The position numbers were made by a program, and so were the translations under genes. Below are positions 11,373 through 21,427 of a DNA stretch of 64,000 bases, in pieces. The notes beneath the pieces were generated by a model, which was not told where the DNA came from, made no database searches, and saw nothing but the letters and a program-made list of their open reading frames with translations. Origin of the DNA: Candidatus Dormiibacterota bacterium (lineage in GTDB: Bacteria; Chloroflexota; Dormibacteria; Aeolococcales; Aeolococcaceae). Location: the NCBI GenBank assembly GCA_963709585.1, contig CAVPXI010000021.1, forward strand, positions 32,001-96,000, in the 5' to 3' direction. Positions within the stretch are counted from its first letter, which is position 1. Each line of letters starts with the position of its first letter.

Positions 11373-12275
11373 TCACACTCCTCGGTATCCGCCGTTGACC
11401 CAGTCGATGATCGCGTCGGCATATGCGGCCGGGGCTTCCTCCCATGCGTTGTGGCCGGTGGGAAATATCTGCAGTCGCGAGTGGCCGAGCGTCTCGTCGA
11501 GCGCGCGTGCATCGGAGGCCAAACCGTAGGGGTCGTCGCGGCCGACGAGGATTTGCACCGGCATGTTGAGAGACGGCAACTTGGGAGCGAGCGCCTCGAG
11601 ATCCGAGGGGTAGCTCTGCACGTATGCGACGGACTTTGCGAACCGATCGCCGGAGTAGGAAGTCACATAGTCATCTCTGACGATCGTTGGCACGTCGTAG
11701 TTTTTTATGGACGCGACCGACTGGTTGATGACGTCCGCGGGATCGAGGTCCTTGAAGGGGTCGATGCCGCCCGCGTCGATGAAGGTCTTGAGCAGGCCGT
11801 CGACGTGGAGCGGGAAGGTCGCGCCGCCCGCACCGACGATGATGCTGCGGAAGGCTTCTGGGTGGGTGACTGTTGCCCATAGGAGCGCGCCCGTACCGAC
11901 ATCGGGGCCGACCGCATGCGGTCGGTCGAGATCAAAGCTGGATACCAGCCCAATGACAAACTCTCCCATCGCGCGCGGGGACATCAGATCCGCGCGTCCC
12001 TGTGACTGCCCGAAGCCGGGGAGGTCGACCGCAACGAGGGAGAACTGCTCCGCGAGCCGTTGCCACGTGGGCAGATAGGCATAGACGCTTTCTGGCCACG
12101 GGCTCAGCAAGATCACGGCGTCGGCCCCGCGCTTCGGACTGGTCGCGTAGCGGATCCTCAGCCCGTCCACAGTCATGAACCCTGGCTTGATCAGGTCATC
12201 CTCATGGCCACCTGCTTCTCCAGCGTCTGCGCCGGTGCTCCCGGCCGGTGCCTCTTTTGCGCCCGAGACGCTCAC
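11373..12275 (-). CDS. Alpha/beta hydrolase (Asp-nucleophile, epoxide hydrolase/dehalogenase-like)
   Basis: DLPGFGQS; GPDVG nucleophile elbow; GHNAWEE. Confidence 0.85.
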   Translation of the reverse strand: MSVSGAKEAPAGSTGADAGEAGGHEDDLIKPGFMTVDGLRIRYATSPKRGADAVILLSPWPESVYAYLPTWQRLAEQFSLVAVDLPGFGQSQGRADLMSPRAMGEFVIGLVSSFDLDRPHAVGPDVGTGALLWATVTHPEAFRSIIVGAGGATFPLHVDGLLKTFIDAGGIDPFKDLDPADVINQSVASIKNYDVPTIVRDDYVTSYSGDRFAKSVAYVQSYPSDLEALAPKLPSLNMPVQILVGRDDPYGLASDARALDETLGHSRLQIFPTGHNAWEEAPAAYADAIIDWVNGGYRGV

Positions 12276-12701
12276 CTACACTTTCGCCTGTAGCGCCGCA
12301 CGCGCCGAGGCGACGATGTCATCGCTGGTGTTGGCGTGGCCGTCGATCCCCCAGCCGCCCTCCGGCGATTCGGTGATGAGGACCCACGTGCGGTCGGCCA
12401 GGCTCGGGTCGCCTGCCGCCGCGACGACGATCTCAGTCAGTTCCTTGACGACGCCGAGCTGCTTCTCGCGATCGAGGACGTGGACAGGGGTGAGCACCTG
12501 GACACGGATGTAATTGCGGTCGCCGGCTGCGTTCGAGATCGCGTCGGCGGGGAGGTCATGGATGAAGGCAGCGGTGTTGTCGAGGAACAACGGGATCTCC
12601 GGCACCCGCTCCCACCGCATCACGGCCTTCGCGAGATCCTGGGCGAGCGCGTGCCGGTCGTGGAAGGTGCCCTCGGCGGCGAAGACGTCGATCATCGGCA
12701 T
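12276..12701 (-). CDS. Tautomerase (4-OT/MSAD-like) family protein
   Basis: Catalytic Pro after the initiator Met (MPMIDV); TWVLITESPEGGWGI. Confidence 0.85.
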   Translation of the reverse strand: MPMIDVFAAEGTFHDRHALAQDLAKAVMRWERVPEIPLFLDNTAAFIHDLPADAISNAAGDRNYIRVQVLTPVHVLDREKQLGVVKELTEIVVAAAGDPSLADRTWVLITESPEGGWGIDGHANTSDDIVASARAALQAKV

Positions 12702-12732
12702 GGTTGAACTCCTTGGCGGTGCTGCAGAGGGC

Positions 12733-12752
12733 TAATATGACCGGTCATCTTA
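12733..12752. promoter_or_regulatory. Palindrome TAAtATGACCGGTCATcTTA, probable TetR operator
   Basis: 12-bp perfect core overlapping a minus-strand TAAGAT -10-like hexamer upstream of the tautomerase operon. Confidence 0.7.
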
Positions 12753-12942
12753 CACGTGCACGACCCGCCCGTCCACGTGAGATCCGACCGCTGGACGTGG
12801 GTAGCCGAACCCGGTCGCGCGCCCGATGCGAGCCGCAACGGGTCCTCCGGTCCGCCCTGGACTCCCGCGAGCGCGGAAGCCCTTCCGGAGCGGATTCATG
12901 CAATGGTGAGAACGATGCAGAGCGGTTCGAGATGCTGAGCTG

Positions 12943-13536
12943 ATGGCCCGAGCCAGCGTCAGGGATCGGCTCGTCGCAAGCGCCGTGGAGGTGTTCCACG
13001 CGCGCGGGTTCAACGGCTGCAGCGTCCAGGACATCGTCGACGCGGCCGGGGTGCCGAAGGGTTCCTTCTACAACCACTTCGACAGCAAGGAGGCGCTCGG
13101 CGTCGAGGTGGTGCGTGCCTACACCGCGCTTGTCGGTGCCTATGTGGTCGAGGCCGGCGCGGCCGACATCCTATCGGGTGAGGGCATGCCGCTACAGAGG
13201 ATTCGCGCGTATTTCGAGGCGGTTATCGAGCAGAACGTGAGCTGCGGAGTCCGTAAGGGGTGCCTGCTCGGCAATTTTGCGATCGAACTCGCCCCCCACA
13301 GCTCGGAGATCGCCACCGCGGTGACCGACGCTCTCGACAATTGGAGCGCTGCCGTCGCCCTGGCTCTCGCTCAGGCGCAGGATGCGGGGGAGTTGTCGCA
13401 GGACGCCGACGTCGGCTCGCTCGCCCGCTACCTGGTCGACGGCTACGAGGGTGCGGCCACGCGGGCGAAGCTGATCGGTGATCGCGCTCCAATGGACGAA
13501 TTCATTCGGACGACATTCGATTTCCTGCTGTCCTAG
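12943..13536 (+). CDS. TetR family regulator (NemR/ComR-like)
   Basis: GVPKGSFYNHFDSKEALG; GCLLGN. Confidence 0.92.
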   Translation: MARASVRDRLVASAVEVFHARGFNGCSVQDIVDAAGVPKGSFYNHFDSKEALGVEVVRAYTALVGAYVVEAGAADILSGEGMPLQRIRAYFEAVIEQNVSCGVRKGCLLGNFAIELAPHSSEIATAVTDALDNWSAAVALALAQAQDAGELSQDADVGSLARYLVDGYEGAATRAKLIGDRAPMDEFIRTTFDFLLS

Positions 13537-13547
13537 TCGGGTAACGG

Positions 13548-14646
13548 CTACTCATTGCGCGCATGGCCGAAGTACATCAGTTCCCAGATCGCTTCGTCCT
13601 TGTGCGTCTCGATCAGCTCGCCGCCATGGTGGTGCGATACCTCAATGTCGCCCGCGAAGCGAAGGTATGCGCCGTCGAAGTGCGCGAGCTGTGCGGCAAT
13701 ATGCTTGACGCCCTTGACGTTGTCGATCATCCGAACTCAGCATCAGATCGCGAGTCCGAGTGAATGACACGGCGTATCGGTCATCGCCTTCGTGATAGAC
13801 ATATCGGGTCGTTGTCGCCACGGGTTTTCCGGTTGTCTCGTCGCTGTAGATGCCTTCGCGTTCGAACGTGACCCTGGCCGGGTCGTCGGCGATAACGACG
13901 CCGTCGCGAGCCAGCATGAAAATTGGAATCGGCTCGAAGCCGTACCTTTTCGCGGACGTGATGTAGGAAGCGATGACCGAGTACGGCCCTGCCTGCCCTC
14001 GGGCCCAGTACCAGTCGTGGACCACCTTCATCAGACCCACGTTTCCCCAGTTGTGGTCGTGGTAGCCGACCCCGGTTGTCTGGTGCTGCTCACCCTCGAC
14101 CGTGTAGGCGAGCGTCACCGCGCCCTGCGGCACTGAAGGAAGCCACGCGAACTCCAGCGACCGATCCGCACCGAACAGCATGTACCCCGAGCCCGGACGC
14201 CACGCGGGAATCTCGCCGGTCAACGTGACATCGACCGATATCTCCTCCGCAGTCGCCTCGATCCGATAGGTGTGCAGATCACCGGTGAATCGATTGTTGC
14301 CAAGCCGCACGTCAGCATGGTCGCGAGCCGCCGACCACGCCGCCGCCGGAACGTCGATGACCTTCTCGAAGTGCCGCCCGTCAGGCAGGTCGAGTTCGAG
14401 CCGCAGCAATGGGGACAACGGCTTCTGCGGCTCGGCGATGTCCTTGTTCATGAACGCGATGACCAACTTGGCGCCGTCGGCGAGATGCGCGTCGAAGTAC
14501 CACCACTCGTAGGTGCCCGCCGAGTCGTCGGTGCGGGCGCCATCCTCCCAGACCTCGATCGAGGTCGGCGATAATCCGAGGCGCTCATAGTCCGCGGGGC
14601 TGCTCGCCATGACTGCCAGTCTCTTTGCGACAGGTGGTTGGGTCAT
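13548..14646 (-). CDS. CrtC/AttH-like lipocalin-fold protein (apparent frameshift near 13735)
   Basis: YEWWYFDAHL; GYHDHNWG; C-terminal AIWELMYFG in a second frame. Confidence 0.75.
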
Positions 14647-14740
14647 CGATCCGTCCTCCTGGCTCGCCGGCTTTCGGCCGCGCCCTGCATGCCTCGGTAA
14701 GGAACACGGCGCGCGCGACCGGTCGGGTGTGTATGACAAC

Positions 14741-15355
14741 TCATCTGATGAGCCCGGCGGCTCGGCGTGCGCGCTCGGCGGCGGGTCGTATCGGGCAGGC
14801 CGCGAGGTGGTCGTCTATCACGCCGCACGCCTGCATCAGTGCGTACAACGTTGTCGGGCCGAGGAAGCGAAAGCCTCGGCGCTTGAGTTCGCGCGCCAGT
14901 GATTCGGCCTCGGGCGTCGTCGAGGGTACGTCCGTCCACGCGGCTGGTGGTCGGTGCCGTGATGCCCGTGGATCCGGCCGCAGGAGTGAGGCAAGTGGCT
15001 CGCCCGCGGCGCGCAGCTGCACGGTGGCGCGCGCGTTCCCGATTGTCGCCTCGATCTTCGCGCGATTGCGAACGATGCTGACGTCGTTGAGGAGGCGTGT
15101 GATGTCTGCTGCATCAAAACGCGCAACGGCATCAGCGTCGAAATTCGCGAAGGCGCTGCGGAAAGCGTCGCGCTTGGCAAGAATGGTGCGCCAGGAGAGC
15201 CCTGCCTGGAACGCCTCAAGGCTCAAGAGCTCGAACAGCGCACGCTCGTCAGACACTGGAAAGCCCCACTCGGTGTCGTGATACCGCTCGTAGAGCGGAT
15301 CGCCGTCCCCGAAGCACCGGCGGGCAATCACCGCGGTGCGGGTTTCACCGGCCAT
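14741..15355 (-). CDS. tag: DNA-3-methyladenine glycosylase I
   Basis: YHDTEWG; LEAFQAGLSW; IVRNRAKIEA; GFRFLGPTT; DDHLAAC. Confidence 0.93.
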   Translation of the reverse strand: MAGETRTAVIARRCFGDGDPLYERYHDTEWGFPVSDERALFELLSLEAFQAGLSWRTILAKRDAFRSAFANFDADAVARFDAADITRLLNDVSIVRNRAKIEATIGNARATVQLRAAGEPLASLLRPDPRASRHRPPAAWTDVPSTTPEAESLARELKRRGFRFLGPTTLYALMQACGVIDDHLAACPIRPAAERARRAAGLIR

Positions 15356-15418
15356 GGCGACCCGAAGCTTGGGCCGGCTTCAGGCCCCGGACCTCCGGGC
15401 CGCGCTCAGAGCGTGGTC

Positions 15419-16384
15419 TCATCGGGGCCGCTCCCGAGTCACCTCGGCCGGTCGCTTGTCGTCGCGGAGCCCGAGGAAACGCGGTTGCCGCAGCCGGCCA
15501 TCATTCGTCCACTCTGCGAAGCCGATCTGCGCGACCAGTTCCGGCCGGGTCCAGTGCGTGCCGCGCGGAGTGGGTCTCACGTCCATGAACGGCGGCTCCG
15601 ATGTCGCCAGGGAGCGCAGCCGCGCGCCGAGATCGCGGAGCATCGCCGCGGTGTAGCCGGTGCCGACCCTTCCGGCGTACCGGAGCCGGCCGTCCTCGTG
15701 ATATCCGACGAGCAGGGCACCGAAATCAGTCCGGCTGCCGGTTGGATCGGTGTAACCGCCGATGACGAACTCCTGCTCCCAGACGCACTTCAGCTTCAGC
15801 CAGTCCTTCGAACGCCCGGGGACGTACGGCGCGGCGGCGCGCTTGGCGATGAGTCCCTCCCAGCCGGAACGGCACGCGTCGTCAAACCGCCGCTGCGCGT
15901 TGTCCCGCCAGGCCTCGGAGAGTTGCAGGGCGGCGCTCGACCGGATTGCCCGCGTCAGTCGGGCGCGACGCTCTTCGAGCGGCCGGTGGGTCAGGTCCTC
16001 GCCCTCGATCTCGAGGACGTCAAAGACGCAGTAGACCACCGGGTAGGCGGCTATCTGCTGGGGGGAGGGCGCGGTGGAGCCGAGACGCTGCTGAAGCCGG
16101 CTGAAGGACGTCTGCTCACCTTGGTACGCGACCACCTCGCCGTCAAGCAGAAGCTCGAGAGCCCGCTGGGTCAGCAGGGCGGCGCGTATTTCGGGGTACG
16201 TGGCGGTGAGGTTCTTGCCGGTGCGCGACTCGAGCCGCACGTCGCCGCCCCGTTTGCGCGCAACGCAACGCTCGCCGTCGAATTTGCGCTCGAGCAGCCA
16301 GTCGCCACCGAAGTCGCGACGGTCGGTCAGGGTCGCCAGCATCAGGGGAATTGGCACGTGCGGATCGTCCGCCTTCCCAGGCAC
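15419..16384 (-). CDS. ATP-dependent DNA ligase (LigD ligase domain only)
   Basis: ERKFDGER motif I; EGLIAKR; RSKDWLKLK; GRVGTG; LRQPRFLGLRDDK. Confidence 0.9.
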   Translation of the reverse strand: MPGKADDPHVPIPLMLATLTDRRDFGGDWLLERKFDGERCVARKRGGDVRLESRTGKNLTATYPEIRAALLTQRALELLLDGEVVAYQGEQTSFSRLQQRLGSTAPSPQQIAAYPVVYCVFDVLEIEGEDLTHRPLEERRARLTRAIRSSAALQLSEAWRDNAQRRFDDACRSGWEGLIAKRAAAPYVPGRSKDWLKLKCVWEQEFVIGGYTDPTGSRTDFGALLVGYHEDGRLRYAGRVGTGYTAAMLRDLGARLRSLATSEPPFMDVRPTPRGTHWTRPELVAQIGFAEWTNDGRLRQPRFLGLRDDKRPAEVTRERPR

Positions 16385-16499
16385 GTCAGGTCGCGGTCCG
16401 ACACAAGAGCTGAGATCCTACCGTGTCATGCCGGGGACCGATCGGGCACCCTGAGCTCGTCGTCATGCCTGCGCTGTACGTTATTCGTCAGGAGCTCAG

Positions 16500-17252
16500 A
16501 TGACAGGATCCCAGGTGACCACGCTCGACTTAGACCTCCAAAACCAGAAGGCATTGGTGACGGGTGCTACCTCGGGCATCGGCCGGGCGATTGCCCTCCA
16601 GTTGGCCCGGCAAGGGGCCGAGGTCCTTGTCCATGGCAGGGACGCTCAGCGCGGGGCGGGTACGGTTGAAGCGATCACCGCTGCGGGAGGGAAGGCGCGA
16701 TTCGTGGCTGCCAACCTCAGCGATCCCGGTGATCTGCAGCGCCTGGTCGACACGATTGGCGAGGTCGACGTGCTGGTCAACAACGCGGGCTTCTCGTGGT
16801 TCGGACCAACGCCGGATCTCGATGTCGAGACCTTCGACGCCTTGTTCGTGAGCAACGTTCGGGCGCCGTTCTTTCTGGTGGCCGGATTTGCTCCGAAGAT
16901 GGCGGCGAGAGGATATGGCAGCATCATCAACGTCTCCAGCATGGCCGGCCAGATCGGCCTTGCCGGCGGGGCGGCCTACGGGGCGACGAAGGCCACTTTG
17001 TCGTCCATGACTCGGGCCTGGGCGGCGGAGTTCAGCCCCCGGGGTGTCCGCGTCAACGCCATCGCCCCTGGTCCGGTGTACACAGGAGGCGCCGACACCG
17101 AGCGCACCACGAACCTGGGAGCAACCACCTTGCTCAAGCGAGCTGCCAACGCCGAAGAGATTGCTGAGGTCGTCGGATTCCTCGCCTCACCTAGGGCGAG
17201 CTACATCACCGGCGCCGTCATCGCGGCCGATGGCGGTCGCACAGCCATCTAG
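16500..17252 (+). CDS. Classical SDR oxidoreductase
   Basis: TGATSGIG; NNAG; YGATK; VRVNAIAPG. Confidence 0.92.
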   Translation: MTGSQVTTLDLDLQNQKALVTGATSGIGRAIALQLARQGAEVLVHGRDAQRGAGTVEAITAAGGKARFVAANLSDPGDLQRLVDTIGEVDVLVNNAGFSWFGPTPDLDVETFDALFVSNVRAPFFLVAGFAPKMAARGYGSIINVSSMAGQIGLAGGAAYGATKATLSSMTRAWAAEFSPRGVRVNAIAPGPVYTGGADTERTTNLGATTLLKRAANAEEIAEVVGFLASPRASYITGAVIAADGGRTAI

Positions 17253-17307
17253 CGTTTAGGCCTCCTTTGCACGGGCCCGTGGAGCTTAGGGTCCGATCAA
17301 CGAGCCG

Positions 17308-17585
17308 CTAGTGCGCCAGCCGCTCCGTCAAGCGAATGGTCACCGTGTCCCCGGCACTTTTTCCGATCGCATGTTGAAGGTCGGCCTTGATCGGCAACTT
17401 GTGCGTTCCGTCGCCCAGTGCCATGAACGAGCTCTGGAACGGCTGATGATCGACCGTACCGCGGACCTTCACCAAACCACGTGTTCCGAAAAATGCCACC
17501 GAGTCGGGCATCACGACATACGTCCATCCGCCCTTGCTCGGACTTTTTCCAGCGCGGCGCGGAATTGTTTGTTCAAAGCCACCAT
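17308..17585 (-). CDS. DUF1905-like protein (frameshift in an A5 run near 17545)
   Basis: Corrected read: ...[12 protein letters not shown]...[29 protein letters not shown]. Confidence 0.7.
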
Positions 17586-17589
17586 TTCC

Positions 17590-17979
17590 CTATGACAGCT
17601 CCACGATCTCGAGGCCGTTCCCGTCCTGGTCGCGAAAAGCAAACATCGGCGGTACGCCCGGCCAGCGCAACACATCGTCAGCGTCTACGCCATTGGCGAT
17701 CAAATCCGCGCGGCTCGCATCCGCATTGGATGTGGTGAACCGAATTCCCGTTTCGACACCCGCAGGGACGCCGTCGTGGGCGCGAATCAGCGCGATGGTG
17801 ATCGCCGCGGCAGGCGGACCAACCTCGATCCAACGCGTGCCTTCGCCCATCGGAACGTCGAGTCGCTTGTCGAATCCGAGCGTGTCGACATAGAAGGCAA
17901 GCGCTTTCTCCTGGTCGACCACGGGGATTCCCACCGTTCGAATGTCAGTGATTCCACTCTTGGTTCGCGTGTCAGCCAT
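17590..17979 (-). CDS. VOC family protein
   Basis: VVDQEKALAFYVDTLGF; RWIEVGP; FRDQDGN. Confidence 0.9.
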   Translation of the reverse strand: MADTRTKSGITDIRTVGIPVVDQEKALAFYVDTLGFDKRLDVPMGEGTRWIEVGPPAAAITIALIRAHDGVPAGVETGIRFTTSNADASRADLIANGVDADDVLRWPGVPPMFAFRDQDGNGLEIVELS

Positions 17980-17996
17980 TTGGTCGCCTCCTTGTG

Positions 17997-18747
17997 TCAT
18001 CCGTACATCAACGATCCCGGGGTGGTCAGCACTTCCCCGGTTTCGATCCACGTCTTCAGGCCGGACAGGATCATCGGCCAGCCGCCAAAGAGCTGATCGT
18101 TCGCACCCTCACGGAGCTGGTCGTGGGTAACCGTCAGGCGGCACGAATCGCCGACAGGCTCGATCTCCCATGTGACCCGTGACGTGCCTTCTGTCTTTAC
18201 ATCGTCACCCCACAGGGCAAGCGCTGTCTGCACCAGCCGGCGGGGCGGATCGACTTCGACGTTTTCTCCTTCGATAAGGGCACCGGCACGCGGGTTGGTC
18301 ACCCTGTACTGCGACCCCGGGGCCCACGTCGAACTCGACGCGATTGCCGAACTGGAACTTGGTACGGGTTTCGCTGTCCGTGATCGCCTGCCACAGCCGC
18401 TCGGGCGTGGTGCGAATGTAGATCTCGAAGATTTTTTCCATGGGCTTCTCCAATTGCTGTTTGATCTCGCTGAGCGTTGCCACCCAGGGTTCGGCGTATT
18501 TGCTCACCCACCGGTCGTGGATGAGGCGGATGGGAACGGGGTTGAGGAAGTGCAGCTTTTCCCGACCTCGCCGCCTGGTCAGGACCAGGTGAGCGTCCTC
18601 AAGGAGCTGCAGATGCTTCATGACGCCGATCCGCGTCATGGGGTAGTGGGCCGCCAGCGCGTTGAGGGTCTGGCCGTCCTCGCGGAAGAGGCGATCCAGG
18701 AGATCACGGCGGGTGGGATCGGCCAGCACTCGAAAGACGGCATCCAT
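17997..18747 (-). CDS. ArsR-HTH + SRPBCC/AHSA1 fusion regulator (apparent frameshift near 18330)
   Basis: VFRVLADPTRRDLL; KHLQLLEDA; IYIRTTPERLWQAITD; GGWPMILSGLKTWIETG. Confidence 0.85.
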
Positions 18748-18759
18748 GGCGACGATTAT

Positions 18760-18779
18760 AGGTAACCATTTGGTTACCT
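18760..18779. promoter_or_regulatory. AGGTAACCA-TT-TGGTTACCT palindrome, probable ArsR operator abutting a TATAAT -10
   Basis: Perfect 9-2-9 inverted repeat; minus-strand TATAAT lies 7 nt before the ATG. Confidence 0.8.
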
Positions 18780-18950
18780 GTCAAGGGGGCGCGGCTTCGG
18801 CGCTGAGGGTCGCACCGTCCGTGAACCCGGCGTGCCTCAGCGACTAGGGTCCGGCTCGTGGATCGGGTTATCGCCCATCCGGCTGCTCAGGAGCTTGATG
18901 ATCGCTACGAGTCTGTCGTTCTGGTGCTAAGTGCCAGGACGGGTTTGCCG

Positions 18951-19025
18951 TGGCTGGGGAGGAAGGATTCGAACCTTCGGATGGCGGATCCAAAGTCCGC
19001 TGCCTTACCACTTGGCGACTCCCCA
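18951..19025 (-). tRNA. tRNA-Gln(TTG)
   Basis: TGGGGAGTCGCCAAGTGGTAAGGCAGCGGACTTTGGATCCGCCATCCGAAGGTTCGAATCCTTCCTCCCCAGCCA folds as a cloverleaf; CCA encoded. Confidence 0.97.
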
Positions 19026-19071
19026 GTGGCACGTCGATCCTACCCGGCGATCGGGCCTGCGACCGGCTTGG

Positions 19072-19998
19072 TCAGACCTGCGAGCCGGCCGCGGCGGCGG
19101 CGACACCACCCGTCACCCCGCCATCTATCCGGGTCAGCCATTCGCTGACGACGTACACGAACTCGCCGGGGACCTCGAGCATGGGCACGTGGCCCGCGCC
19201 CTCGAACTCGTGGTACTCCCAGTCGGGGCGGAGAGACGCGATGTTCCGCGCTGAGGCGACGGGAACGAGACGATCCTGCGCACCCTGAAGGAGCAGGGTT
19301 GGGGCCACGACCTCCTGCACCCAGCGGAGTACCTTCCGCTTCAGCGCGAGTGCCGCCACCAGCGAACGGGTTGCCGAATAAAAGGACTCGTGCCAGCTGG
19401 ACTCGGCAAGCCGCTCGGTCTCGAGGCCGATGTGCGCGTCCATCACCGCCTGGTCGATGCTCCCCGGGTCACTGGTGACCAGCCGCATGGTCTCGCGCAC
19501 CAGGCTCTCGGCGCCGCGGGCCGCGACAGCACGGCTGAGCCGCCGTGCGCCCCACCGCGGCATGAATGCGGTCGCGAGGAACGTTCGCGACACACGGTCG
19601 AGCCGGGGCGGAAATTCGCCGCGCGGGGCCGGCACGGCAGGGTCGACCAGCACGAGCGCGTCGATCAGGCTTGGATGCTGAGCCGCCGCCCCGATCGAGA
19701 GCAGCCCGCCCATCGAGTTGCCGACCAGGATGATCGGGCGGGGCGAGAGCCGGGTGATCGCCCGGGTCAGCAGGTCGACGTTGGCAGCGATCGACGACCG
19801 CCGTCCGGCGAGCGGCGACCGCCCGAAGCCCGGGAGGTCGAGCGCGTAGACACGATGGCGAGCCGCCAGCTGCGGAGCGACGGCCATCCAGTTCAGGTGC
19901 GCCCCGCCGAGGCCGTGGACGAGCAGCATCACCGCGCCCTCCCCGCCGAAATCGGCGACGTAGACCGGGCCGTCGATGTCGAGGATCGAGGACTGCAT
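19072..19998 (-). CDS. Alpha/beta hydrolase
   Basis: HGLGG; GNSMGG; GHVPMLE. Confidence 0.9.
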   Translation of the reverse strand: MQSSILDIDGPVYVADFGGEGAVMLLVHGLGGAHLNWMAVAPQLAARHRVYALDLPGFGRSPLAGRRSSIAANVDLLTRAITRLSPRPIILVGNSMGGLLSIGAAAQHPSLIDALVLVDPAVPAPRGEFPPRLDRVSRTFLATAFMPRWGARRLSRAVAARGAESLVRETMRLVTSDPGSIDQAVMDAHIGLETERLAESSWHESFYSATRSLVAALALKRKVLRWVQEVVAPTLLLQGAQDRLVPVASARNIASLRPDWEYHEFEGAGHVPMLEVPGEFVYVVSEWLTRIDGGVTGGVAAAAAGSQV

Positions 19999-20062
19999 CG
20001 CTGCCATCCTACGGACGCGGTGCCGAAGGCCGGCTCCGGCAAGCCCGTATACTCGCGAGTAC

Positions 20063-21427
20063 ATGGGTGACGGGCCCCACGCGGTGATCCTCGCCGCGGG
20101 GCAGGGCAAACGGATGCGCAGCGCCCTCCCCAAAGTCCTTCATCCGCTGGGCGGTCGCCCGCTCATCCTGTACTCGGTCGGTGCGGTGCGCGCCGCCACC
20201 GGGAGTGCGCCGGTGGTGGTCATCCCGCGCGGCGACAGCGCTGTTCGCGACCTGCTCGGCGACGCCGCCACGTGCGTGGAGCAGGAGAGTGCACTCGGCA
20301 CCGGCGATGCGTTGCGGAGTGTGCCCGAGGCGTTGCGGGACCCCGGCCCCGTCCTCGTGACCCATGGCGACGCCCCGCTCATCAGGGCCGAGACGTTTCA
20401 GCGTCTTCTGGATGCCCATACGTCGAGCCCTCGGGCGTGCACGCTCCTCCTCGGAGTTCCGGCCGATCCGTCGGGCATGGGCCGGGTCATCCGCGACGCT
20501 GAGGGCCATGTCCTGAGCATCGTCGAGGAGGCCGATCTGCCTCCCGGCGAACCCGTGCCGATGGAGTGCAATGCCGGCGTCTACGTCTTCGATGGAGCGC
20601 AGCTCTGGCCGGCGCTCGACCGCCTCGGCAGCGCCAATGCCCAGGGCGAGTACTACCTCACCGACGTCGTCGCCCTCCTGACCGGCCCGGTCGAGGGCGT
20701 GGTCGCTCCCGATCCCGACGAGGTCCTCGGGATCAACGATCGCCGTCAGCTGGCTGCGGCCGAGGCGGTGCTCCGCCGCCGCACCGTCGAGGCGCTCATG
20801 CTCGCCGGGGTCACGTTCGAGGATCCGGCGACGACCTACGTGGATGCCCAGGTCGTCGTGGGCAGGGACAGCGTCATCCGGGCGATGACATCGCTGCGCG
20901 GCGCCACCACCCTTGGCGCCGGCTGCGAGATCGGCCCCATGGCGGTGCTCACCGACGTCCGCGCGGGCGATCGGGTGGTCGTCGGGCCGTCCCACCTCGA
21001 GCAGTGCGAGCTCGGCGACGGTGTCCGGGTCGGCTCCTACTGCCGGGTCCGTCTGAATACCGTGCTCGCGTCCGGGGTAGAGTTGGGGACGCATGCCGAG
21101 GTCAAGAACAGCACCGTGGGGGCCGGAACCCGCATCAGCCACTTCTCGTGCGTGCTGGACAGCGACGTGGGTGAGGCGGTGAACATCGGCGCCGGGACGG
21201 TCACCTGCAACTACGACGGTGAGGCAAAGCACCGGACCACCATCGGGGACCGGGTCTTCGTCGGGACGAACACAACCCTGGTGGCGCCGGTGCGCCTGGG
21301 CGAGGGCTCCTACGTGGGCGCGGGATCCTTTGTCGACCATGACGTGCCCGCCGGCGCGCTCGCCGTCGGCCGGAGCCGGCAGCACAACATCGAGGGATGG
21401 GCGTCCCGGCGGCCGCGCCAGCCGTGA
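20063..21427 (+). CDS. glmU: Bifunctional UDP-GlcNAc pyrophosphorylase / GlcN-1-P acetyltransferase
   Basis: LAAGQGKRMRSALPKVLH; GEYYLTD; NIGAGTVTCNYDG hexapeptide region. Confidence 0.96.
   Translation: MGDGPHAVILAAGQGKRMRSALPKVLHPLGGRPLILYSVGAVRAATGSAPVVVIPRGDSAVRDLLGDAATCVEQESALGTGDALRSVPEALRDPGPVLVTHGDAPLIRAETFQRLLDAHTSSPRACTLLLGVPADPSGMGRVIRDAEGHVLSIVEEADLPPGEPVPMECNAGVYVFDGAQLWPALDRLGSANAQGEYYLTDVVALLTGPVEGVVAPDPDEVLGINDRRQLAAAEAVLRRRTVEALMLAGVTFEDPATTYVDAQVVVGRDSVIRAMTSLRGATTLGAGCEIGPMAVLTDVRAGDRVVVGPSHLEQCELGDGVRVGSYCRVRLNTVLASGVELGTHAEVKNSTVGAGTRISHFSCVLDSDVGEAVNIGAGTVTCNYDGEAKHRTTIGDRVFVGTNTTLVAPVRLGEGSYVGAGSFVDHDVPAGALAVGRSRQHNIEGWASRRPRQP

Noticed and set aside
1537-18842. GCTGAGG...CCTCAGC hairpins at 1537-1569 and 18801-18842 as a REP family
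   Set aside because: Only two short stems with unrelated loops
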